A DNA stretch of 64,000 bases, the filler included, from Sphacelaria rigidula (taxonomy: Eukaryota), in assembly GCA_964200075.2 (NCBI GenBank). It is 8 parts of 8 records of this genome, joined end to end, with 100 filler letters (N's around TTAATTAATTAA, not from the genome) between each part and the next. Parts side by side here need not be neighbours in the genome. Positions count along the whole stretch, not along the records: positions 32,064 to 39,978 come from CAXNAA020012986.1; positions 40,079 to 47,992 come from CAXNAA020012987.1; positions 48,093 to 56,006 come from CAXNAA020012988.1; 5 more parts are not named here. One strand, written 5' to 3'. This document shows, piece after piece, positions 37,976 to 49,163 of the stretch (position 1 is its first letter; each line of letters opens with the position of its first letter). The notes below the pieces were generated by a model. That model ran no database searches. It saw nothing but the letters and a program-made list of their open reading frames with translations, and was not told the DNA's origin. The translations under genes and the position numbers were made by a program.

Positions 37976-40632
37976 ACCATTAACTTGACAACCCATCGTA
38001 TGCTTGAGTCGATTTTTTTCAATTTTCACAAATGTTTTCTTCGTTTTGTGTGTCTTGGAGAGCAGGGGGGTTGTACCATTTTTTTCTGCCCCCGGAGGAG
38101 GGGTGAAATCCGTCAATTTTCGGGCCGATTGATTCTTCAGCGACCGTTGGGCCGCGTGGGTCCAGCATCAACTGTAAATTCGAGAATCTATTGATTTTAA
38201 CTCACAAGACGCCGAAGAATGCAACAAAAAGACAAAAACGGAATCGGACACGGTGAAGAGCGCGTACAACATAACCACCCATACTGCGAGGACAGCTAGA
38301 AGAAGTGTTCCTTTCGTTGTTCTGTTTCGTAGAGAGATAATGGGGTCTCAAACCGGGACGTCATCAGCTGCAATGAAACTGAAGCTTTACACACGTCTTC
38401 CTGGAGAAACGTTGATGAAAAACGAGATCAGGCCGGCTCAAAATGTCCTCCCGCTCTCCACACTTGCTCAAACACAGAGATACTGTCAGTCCGTATCCGG
38501 GTGTCCACACATTAACATCGAAATATGGGTGGCTGTATCTGTACTTAACCCCGAGGTGAACACGTGCACCGAGTTCCAGGCTCATGGATGACTACATCGC
38601 CTCAGATAGACTTTTCAGAGCGTCTCTAATCAGGCCATTTTTTCGGCTTCCCCATGGTGGGCGAATACGCCACACTTGATGTAAGACCATGGCACTTTAG
38701 TAGCTCTGTTCCCCGTCCTTCCTTTCCTGCCTATTTTGTCGACGTTACAAGGATGCTGCCATGACAAAATGTTTTTGTCAATACCGTTGTCGGTGTCGAA
38801 TCATGCCATTTTGAGTGCCGTGCTCGTTCAGCGCCTTGTCATATCCATAATTACAGTATATTTACATAATCGAATATGATCACCCAGCAATTTCAGCAGG
38901 CACGTGTTCGTTGATGAACCGCGCTGTAATTTTCTCTTCGCGCCAAGATTAACTGCATTCGGTCAATGTGTCGACGGAAAAGTGATGTGAACTCTGTCGA
39001 CCGCATACGATATGATACTGGCCGTTTGTATTTGGGAGTGGCTGTCGTGTGTGGTCGCGCATGTCTTATTGAGGAAAACCAATCAAGACGGGCTTTGCGT
39101 CAGTGGGACAGAGCCCCCCATGAGCAAGCATGGAGGGGGAGCGTGATCATGGGTTGTACCGCGTATGCCAAACTTACAATGCACAGCAGGCCCAAATGAT
39201 GGACTTGCCTCGCAGCATGGGTCAACGATCGTCACTCGGCGTCGTTCCTTTCATTCACTTCCCTCGTCTCGCCCCTCTCCCTCGTACGCACTGGAACATG
39301 CTCTGTGTTTCATTTGTTTTGACCTATCTTCAGGCCCTGGGAATGCGCCTCACGCAAATTTTATTTCACGCGCTGGATTGAGCATCTGCCGGAAACATTC
39401 AAGATCCATCACGCTCCTGGACACCCTTTCAAATGGTGCACTTCGGGGGTTGGAATGCACTTCGGCTGGTGAAAGTGGAGGGTGTTCGACGGCGGCCTCT
39501 CTGATCTTGATAGCTGCAGGAAACTTGTCTACCCGCGGGAAGGATTTGCAACGCTGTGTATCGTGGGGTGCATTTTATTGTTGTTTGCGGCGTACGTGTG
39601 AGGGGGGGTTCCGGGAGTGCTGTGCGAGAGTGTTGTGGCCTTTTCAGAGTATCGGTAGATGTGTTTTGGTGAAGTGCTATGGGTGCATCGATGTATTTCG
39701 ATGTCCCCAGCTTTCCGTCGCCGCTAACTGTGTGGACACACACGACGCGCCGCGTTCGCGTACTGAGATGTGAAGCGTGTTGTTTGCATCGATGGGGTTC
39801 GATTCGATCCGATTCGATGCCATCAGTCGCTGAGGGCCGTGTCGTGTGGTCTGTTGCGGGGCACACGCCCTTTCACAAACGCGGTTCGAGGCGGGGAAAG
39901 CACAAGCGCCGTGGGGTGCGTATGTGTGTGTTTGTGTGTGGGATCGGGAAGGGGAAGGGGGGGGAGGACGGAAAGGGGNNNNNNNNNNNNNNNNNNNNNN
40001 NNNNNNNNNNNNNNNNNNNNNNTTAATTAATTAANNNNNNNNNNNNNNNNNNNNNNNNNNNNNNNNNNNNNNNNNNNNAGTGCGAGCCTGGTCCGGCGAA
40101 ACCCGGCATGCTCCGTCCCGGCTTTGTAGGGATGCGAGATCAATGGTCTGATGACTATGGCATGCATGATCATGTGTAGTACACCCCCCCCTCCGAGCAG
40201 ATTGCGTAAATCCAACGAATATTCTTTTTCTCCCTCTCTTGTGGTCTCCCCTCTGCGTCTTTGTCTCTTATTCGAAACACGTCGGGGCGTCTTCGGCCTG
40301 GATAAACAGCGGATGGGGCCAGGCCAAGCAAAAGAGGTCCCAATAAGGACGTCGAGTCTTTCCCCTACGCTCCGTTTCTACATTTTCTGCTACTCGGCTG
40401 TTTTCGTCCATTTGCTCCCCTCATCGCCCCAAAACGTGGAAGTTGGGAGGGGGGAAGAATCAAGTTTAGATAAAACAAAAAAAAATACAGAAACGAAGAA
40501 ACATTATAACACGCGCCGCGTTCGTTCACTTCGAGAGGCAGCAACGTTTCCCCTCGAGTGGGCCGTTGAGTTGGTGTACCTTTCGCAGTCTCCATCCCTT
40601 CGCCTTATTCCTGGCATCTTATGCCTCAACAT

Positions 40633-41845
40633 TTAGCGCGCAATGGCTTGTACCATGGGCTGTTGCACGGGCATCGTTTTCCCGATTACCGATCTCTGCG
40701 AGGCCGTCAGGGGCATTCCGCGCGTGCTGGCGATCTGCTGGATCAGGACGGACCTGTGGTGCGACAGCAGAGCGAGGGGGGAAAATTATGGGGCCGACAC
40801 GACCAGACGGCAAGTTGAGGTGTACCTGGAAATTCGCGGGGCAAGGACAGGTACGTATTGCATGTTTATGGCTTGTTATATGCTCACAACTTCTGCCATT
40901 CATTGCTGATGAATTATTATACATGAAGCGATCACTGATGCCCAAAAATGCAAAAGTGCGAAGGAGGGTATGCAATGGCCTCATCAATAATACTCTACGG
41001 GTGCGTTGTACTTCAGATACCTCAGAACTGCCAGGACTAAGCTGAACTGAACAGGACAGGATAGATCAGGGCGGGAAAGGACGGAATAGAACAAACAACC
41101 GATAGCATGTCGAGCCATGTGCAGGTCTACTGGGATCGTAACGCAGTCTCTGTTTTCATGGTTGATATAATATGTGCACTACGGAATATTGCATCTCGTG
41201 ACCTGCAGGCAGTGGACGTTCAGACTGCGGTCACACCACAAGTTGAAAATATCTCCGAGCCGTCTTTAGGTCATGAACAATGACATACTTGCATGGTATA
41301 TATTTTCATGCATTTCTTCCCCGGCCAAGCAAGCACAAAAACATATCACGAAATCATTTGTTCCTGAATAACTTTCAACAGCGGATTTCCGAAACTGAGG
41401 ATCGAGCTTTTCATTGAGAACGATAACCCGGAAAATTAAAATCTTCGTATCCACACAATTTCTTCGAGATATGGCTCCATTCCTTCACGTGCTGGTAGCT
41501 ATTGACAACTGCTACACGCCAAAAACAAATGGATTCCGACGGCCGAAATTTGGGGATCCTAGGTGAAAAAGAAATGTTTGGAACTTAAGTGATCTGGTGA
41601 TCCGCTCTTTTTAACCGAGTGCGCGACGAACACAACAACCAGCAACACCATGCACCACCACCATAACCAACAGCAAGAATAGTGGTACTAATACTAGCTA
41701 TTGTCTCTCTCACCGGTATGTCTTGCTGTCGGCCATGCACAGGTCTATGGGGCAAGTCCAGCAGGTGCAGACGCGCGTGCCGAGCTTGAAGCAGCACGTA
41801 CCATTCTCGCACGGGGTGATCCACAGGCTTTCGCCGATGAACGGC
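40633..41845 (-). CDS. Last two exons (41845-41714 and 40753-40633) of a small Cys-rich unknown protein
   Basis: Minus-strand polypyrimidine/CAG acceptors and a CG|GTGAG donor with matching phase 2. Spliced peptide PFIGESLWITPCENGTCCFKLGTRVCTCWTCPIDLCMADSKTYRSVLIQQIASTRGMPLTASQRSVIGKTMPVQQPMVQAIAR*. Confidence 0.6.
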
Positions 41846-44800
41846 CTGAGGATACAGCTACCAACGACAGAATAGGACGAACAACGAACAGCACACTTAG
41901 TTTTTACAAGAACAGACAATGTGCCAGCAAGGATATCTACGGTCGCTAGTAGAAACAGGACGGTACGGGGCTTTATATATCTACAGATAAGAAGTGAGAA
42001 TGTTGTGGAGCAGAGCAGAGGGAACGGTCGGCGTGCGTGAGGAGGAAGGCGTACCACTGAAGTACGCGAGCCTTTATGTTTTAGTCACTGGATCGATTCG
42101 TGCTCGCCACGCACGTAGTATTGCACACAACAGTGTTGGGAACTGTTGTCTCGGTTGGCGGGTTGACCGTGCATCGGAGGTGAGAACAGATCCCACTCAT
42201 ATCTCCGAACACAGGCTGCAACGGTCTTGTGAGAACCACACACAACAAAAGCACCAAGAAGCGACGTATCCTTTGAATAGTTGTGTTTCTGTACATGTCT
42301 GCTCCGTCATTGCCCCCCTTCTCTTCTTCATTCTCTCATATTTCCGCTATATGCATCGTATTTCTTCTTTCTGTCCCTCTCCTACCGTTCTCCCAAATGT
42401 TTGCCCCTCTTTTCTTCACTTTTTTTGTTTTATACCGGTGGTGTTTCTTGTGTCTCGCTCCTGTAAAGCTTGTGGAAGAGAGCTTATGCCCGAATAGTGT
42501 GATTCTCAAATAGCTCAATCCATAATCTTCTTCATGGCAATTTCCATCTCTTGTTATTTGCTCTTGCTTCTGTACGATCTCCCTACCGGAAGTCACACTG
42601 CCAGCGCCGGCCATTTCTTGCTCATGACCACACTTGTTCTCATCATGAATCGCTACGGCTATCATGCTTGAATTCGGCGCGCAAGGACGGCACGTGGAAC
42701 TCACTTGTATAGACACTCGCACTGAATGCAGAAGCACAGGTAAGTCATATCCTCCTGTTGTGTTCATGACAGAAAGAAACGCAAGTAGAAAGAATACAGA
42801 ACGGAGCGCAACGAGTAAATAGGCAGTCAAACAACCGCAAGGGCGGAAGAAAAAAAGGCAAAACAAAGGTAGTAATGGGGGGGAAACACCATGGTGCAGC
42901 ACGATGGACAGCGGCAACAAAACACGGCCATCGCCTCGGAGCGGGGGTTAGCTACATGCGGGACGCAGGTGATACGATGGCTGGGGGATCGCTTACATGT
43001 CACAGCGAGCGGCCAATTAAGGTTTTTTGAAAATACTGCAGTCACCGTTCAGCTATGTTTGTCCACTTGATCAGGATTTATTCGCAGACGACTCACCATC
43101 CTCACTGGACATTTGAATAGTCGGTTTGCGTTGTAAATCAGGTTGCCCTCGGGACGAGCAAAACTACGGTAGGGGTGCACGTTTTGCACAAACTCTTGTC
43201 CGGTTCAGGGGCTTCTAAGGATTGTTCTAGATGCACAAGAAGATGAGTCAGAACATCCCCGTCCGCACATTCATTCGGGATATCCCTAGTACATTCGAAT
43301 AGTAGTCCAGGCGTACTCTCACATATTTCACAAGTCGTGTTTTGGATTAAATAAAGGGCTCCTAACAATTCTAACCCCATAAAATATGTGTGCACCCCTA
43401 CCTTAGCATCACTCGGACACATTTCCCAAAGCTGTGTTGTTGCAGCAATACTGAGTAAAACCCTGCTTATCGAGGAGATCTTATTGGCCGCATATGCCCC
43501 CGAAACATGATTCTTCGGCTGTAACGCAATTGATACCTAGAGAACAAATACTAAACAAAACGTAGAGCCGTTAATTGTAACGATTCGAATCGGCTATATC
43601 GAGTAAAAGCATCAAAACTCGAGAACCTAGAGCTGTAAACTCGCAAGACCCCCGGCGATCAGTGAGCCTGAATCGTTCAAAAGTGTTTGTGGGGGCAAAA
43701 CACGATCGCGACATACATGCGTCGAGTACTCATATTTCCCGATACCCGAACGTTTGAAATGCTACATTCGCGATCAACAACCAAAGGGGGCTATCGTCTC
43801 GGAGAAGCTCCGGTAAGGGTTTAGGACAAACCTGAGGGTTTTAGGGTCAGGGTTATCCATGGTTGGACTTAGAAAACGTGCGCCGCAGCCAACACAGCAA
43901 AGGAGTGGATATGGATGACTTCATACAACACTTCGATACGATCGTCACTTTTCATGGTCGACTATACTGCACTGGAACTACAATCAACGCTGAGTAGCCG
44001 TTACCGTGTTGCACCCTTCCGCGCTCGAAGGCTTTTCTTATCGCATCTATTTGTCCCATGTGCCAGGCATTTCCGACCTCTCCGCAATTGTCATATATTC
44101 CGCTTTGTTTCCGAGTCTCAACCTTTGATACGGTAACTGCCAACACACTGCACCTGAGCTGCAATGCCACGGGCGCCGCAGGGTGAGCCACACGGTTCGC
44201 AGCACTGCACATGGAAACATGGGAGATAGAGCACGAACAAAACGTTGCATGTCCCAAAAGGTAAGTGTCGCGCGGATGGGTAAAGAGAGAAGAAACAGAA
44301 CACTGTAACAAAAGCATCGCATGGTTGTGTACAGGCTTGCCCAATCGGGGCAAGAACCAAAACATGTACGCTCTGTCGAGTGTCAGTTGGCATGGGTTCA
44401 TCGGAGGCCGGAACGATGAGCTCATGAATCGATAGTTGACAGATGACAAGGGTCACGTACAGCATCCACTTTGGGGGTACAAACCATGCACATTTGAATG
44501 CCAATACAATACCATGTAAATCAACGGCTTTTCATGAAGAACGAAGGCCACCTGTGAGATGCAGAAGTGAGTAAATTTGCACACAAGAAACATAACTGTT
44601 TGAAGTGGTTTTACGTTCGAAAACGCTCGATTACTACCAACTAATACTGTCACAATTATAGCTTGGACTCTGTCTGGCCGGCCGGACATCAGTTTTCGAA
44701 TACCCTTCATTTGCATGTTGCCGGAAACGTTTCTCACCTCGGCATGGTGTATTCTGGAACTCGATTCACAGGTGTTCTGTGACAGGATTCTTATCCTCAC

Positions 44801-47800
44801 ACCGAAATATTGTCATGTCCATGGGGAAAGGGTCGACCCACACACTGTCGCTTTTTACCAACCTCGCCGCAGACAATCTCAAAAATATCTGAACAAAAGA
44901 AGAAGCACACAACCGTGCGTACCTTGACAGTGGTCCGCTTCCATGGACCAGATGGCGATCTTGCCCGAGCTTAAGGGGAGTCTCATATTTCTCATCGAAA
45001 AAGACAGAAAACGCAACCGAACATCTGTCCGGTTGCACACTGATCCTCGAGTGGTGTAGAAGATACAAAACGCGTGACTCGCAGCGAGGCCAGCCCATTT
45101 TGGAGGGAAAGGCGCTCTACTACATGCAACGACTTGTCACTTTAAACACCCGAAAAGCTTGCAATGTCGAGAACATATTTCGAAGAACACGACACTTAGA
45201 CGGCATGGACACACACCAATTGGATACGGTGTGGTCACCACAGTCTTTGGATTAATAACCGGAAATATGAGTACCGTCATCACCGCCGGCAGAAGATATA
45301 TTCCTTTACCTGCCTTAGTGCGGAAAGTCTACACCCTGAATAGCTCTGAGAGCTGCACACTTGTGCGGTCACACCGGTTCAGGCCCCCACATTATATTCC
45401 AAGAACACATGGCAAGAAGATCAAAACGGTAAACGATATACCCAGAGCAACGCCAACGCCACTCCGCGACCGTTTGACTATAAGGGTAACTGCCTGGTAG
45501 CAGTAATCTACAAATACTGACTGTTCATGAAGGAGGCGGTGCTACCGACGGGCGTCCCAGTCCGTTTGGATGAAGCAACGCGGGTAGCTCTAGATTGCAC
45601 TCAAGCGGGATCCCCGCTATTCTCTACAGTGCTCTCACCGGTTCAAACTGCTCGGAAGAGAGAAGTTTCATCCTGGGAATGTCCACTGTTGCGCTGCAAG
45701 TGGCGTTTTGAGGATTTGGGCCGCGGAAACGAAAATAGCGCCGACACAAACGAGTTACCGTGAGAAAAAAAGTCCTATGGAATCATCCAACGTACTCGAG
45801 GACAACGACAAGATATGGAAGAAGGAGCACGAGCGGGTACGAACTGGAACGAAAGGCCACTAGTCAAGGTTAGAGTGTTTCTCTCTTCTTTACAGGGGAG
45901 TGAAACGCATAATATTTTACTCAATTTGAAAACTGGTAAGCGGGAGGTTGTTAAGTTAGGGTAGAGAGGTTTCTCACTGCGTTACGGGGCAGTTAAATGC
46001 TTGTAATACCCGAATTCTGTAATACACGAATGAAAAAATAATACAGCGAGAAGAGGTGGTTGGAACCCAAATATATGGAGTAGCCCTCCCATGACCCGGC
46101 TGTCCAGCTGGTATATCCTAAGCCGCCTAGGATAGAAGGTTAAGAGCTCGAATCGCGGCAGATATATTTCTGTTCTGATAGGACGTACGCGGAGAAGGAA
46201 GAAAAATTGGCTCATGCTGACGCGGTGGGGTGCGGTGCGGTGCGGTGCGAAAATGGTGGTCCAATCTGCGGTACCAAAACAAGAGACACGTACGTACCGG
46301 AGGAGAGGTGGGTCGATTCCTTGAACCTTTACGTTTTGATGAGGAGGGATGGCCAACATCATAATCTAACATAGGCCACACTGTGCAAAGCTTTGGCCAA
46401 ATTGTCACATTAACCGCTGTGTCGGACAACCAGCGCCTGATGTCTAGCACAGTCGTCAATACGGCGCCTTACCGATAGTTCGGGGTCCTTCAGGCTGTTC
46501 AGCCAAGGGGTCTGGACATTCACAACGGGGCTACTCTTGCCTCCAACTCTATGGTACAAGCAGGATAGCTGACTGTCTAGCACAGTGGATAACGCGGCAT
46601 CTTGTCGAAACGTCAATCACCGGGTCCGACGTTCTCTATCATCGTTCCCTGTCGGTCCTATGACTCAAAATAAATGCAGATGTATACAACTGAAAGATGG
46701 CGAATATGCATAACTATCGGTAAAAAGTACAGGTACCCTACCAGGTGCCATGGACGTGGGCAGGGGCATCGCTGATTACAGGGGCGAGGACATCTCCGGG
46801 CCCCGACGATTCAACAGCGTGAGGAATATCTGGGGTGGCTTTTATCAATGTGTCACATCGATCACCGAGCTAGATAGCTAACCCGGATCGTTTAGCACGG
46901 TGGTTGAGGTGACATCGTGACAAAAAATGGAGATTAACCAACAAGTAGCCACCAGAAAAAGCTCTATTTCGGGATTAGGGCCTGGGTCTCTCGGAATCCG
47001 GGCAGATACTTCTTCTTTGTTCAAATTACCGTGCCGTCGCTGAGGTCATATATATATATATATATATATATGGCGCTAGAGCGCGCATCAGCAGGTTGGT
47101 CTGCAGCTCACAGCGATATAACCACTTCGGGTTAATTAGGGAAACTCGGACAAGATACCTGTGCCGACGGAACGCGGATTTCATGGCCGGCCCACCTCAT
47201 ACCCCCTGTTGCTTGACTTATTTTGATCGATTGTCGCACTTTAACCGACCCCCCCAGGGATCGAGCCGTGGTGACATGATAGACGTACCCGAGACAAAAC
47301 GAAACTGGAACACTCGCGGAATGACGAAGAAGAATAGGGGGTAGAACAGAAAAGTAGGGTAGACTAAGAAAAATTAAACAAAGGAAAGAGGTGGTCGGTC
47401 TGTGCCACATGGCTTCGGTGGAAAGGTCTTGGGTAGAAGCCACACTCATATCCAGGCGTAGCGAACAAAAGGCAGTGGAAATGCAGAACATGATATGCAT
47501 TCTGCTTTATCCAGCCCCCGACTTATGTAGTCGTGGTCAATCACAGTACGTGACACATTCCCCGTATTCCCGGCAGTCACTTTATTCAGGGCTGACTTGT
47601 GGACTCTCGCACCCAAGACTTTGATTTTACTGTAAGAGTGTCCCCATGGTGCATATTCTGAAATCTTCGCAGTCAATGGGGACACTATTATGTGACGGGA
47701 GCCTAATTAGATCACAATAGCTTACAATCTTGATCATTTCTGTGATGCGACTCGTGACGCATATGTGACGGCGACTTTTGTGTACTTGATTGCGGCGGCG

Positions 47801-48912
47801 CGGGGGGTGGGGGGGCTTGAAGGGTGATAACAATAATCAAGAAAATGCCTGTTTTTTTCATTTCTTTTATTTCGGTTCAAGGCTTTCTCGAGGAGGGGGG
47901 GGGGGGGGGGGGGGGGGAAATTTTTGGGACGTAAACGGGGTGTTGGTGGTTTTGAAATTGGCAAGGTTCCCACCCAACCTGCGCGGGGGGGGNNNNNNNN
48001 NNNNNNNNNNNNNNNNNNNNNNNNNNNNNNNNNNNNTTAATTAATTAANNNNNNNNNNNNNNNNNNNNNNNNNNNNNNNNNNNNNNNNNNNNTGATCGGA
48101 AGAGTTTGAATCCACAAACGATTAAAAGCCCATAACGGACTTTACTTACGGGACATAGGAAGTACCTTTTTAGCACGTGTGTTCGCCTACAAGAGAGCGC
48201 AGTGATCAACCATGTGTGCCGTGTCCGAACCTTCCACACGTGTGCAGGTCTGACGATCCTGCTTTTTCGCCAACGTCTAGGGTAAACACCGCATCAACCG
48301 TATCAACGTGGATGTGTAACAATCCTAAACCATCAACTTGGGCATTTCAATTCCGAAAGGGAGAAGATACTCCGTACGAAAAATGCGACCCTCGTCACAT
48401 CGGCACTTCAGAAACTCTAACACCATTTGGCGATACAAAAAGCACTTACCGAAGAAGTAATGGACGGCCAACCCGAAATCAGTCGATGCGTTGAGCTACC
48501 ATAATTGTAGATGGAAGGGAGGGGGATGCACCTGTTTCAGGTGCACGCCAGAGGCAAACAATTCAAAAGAAGGAGGTGAAAGTGGTGCGGTTGGCTCCCC
48601 TACTGATTTGCATTGCAAATGTCGCAATAAGCCATCTTGTTTGTACTGTTCTCGGCGATGCTTGGATTTGGTGTAGGGTAATGAACGCCTGGTTTCGGTG
48701 ACATGCCAATGAGACGCGCCTTGGGGTCGGTAAAAACAGGTACAATTTAGATGTGAAAAGTGACTCCTGGTCAGGAGTGAAGACTGCTGCTATGACCTTT
48801 TTCACACTACAACACTTGTTGCGGTCGTGGTTGTCTCACAAGCCCGAACTTCTTTGTCCTACGCGTCTCATGCGACGTGATACACAGTGACGGCATGCAC
48901 ATTGAAGACCAG

Positions 48913-49065
48913 GTGCTGTATACTTTGCGACGCATGTACTTGGGAGGGAGGGGACAGGGGGATTGAGGTTCCCAGTACACATATTTGAGCACTTCGCGCA
49001 GAGGCTTGTTGCCATTTTACATCAATCATGTGGTGGTAGTGTTCGGGTGCCAAGCATACACCCGG
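48913..49065 (+). CDS. Probable upstream exon of the tandem-repeat protein gene
   Basis: CCAG| acceptor and G|GTATGG donor, reading AVYFATHVLGREGTGGLRFPVHIFEHFAQRLVAILHQSCGGSVRVPSIHP. Phase 1 joins the acceptor at 49163, which has a long pyrimidine tract. Confidence 0.5.
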
Positions 49066-49163
49066 GTATGGTTGGCAGAAGGCGCTTCCTCCAGTCCTTT
49101 TAACCCGCCGTTTTCTGCCCTCTATTCCGTCCCCTTCACTTCGTCCTTTTTCTCGCCCCTCAG

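Noticed and set aside
33140-39780. Several exon-like stretches in contig 5 (e.g. minus strand ~36100-36218 GVFTNGNIRVTWGSRYEVAINRYL, ~34000-34103, ~38400-38600)
   Set aside because: The splice sites are plausible, but the phases could not be joined into a consistent model and no motif was recognisable.
43813-43856. Telomere-like TTAGGG motifs
   Set aside because: Only a few degenerate, non-tandem copies.
46090-46165. tRNA gene
   Set aside because: Only degenerate A/B-box-like motifs and no cloverleaf; at most a decayed SINE.
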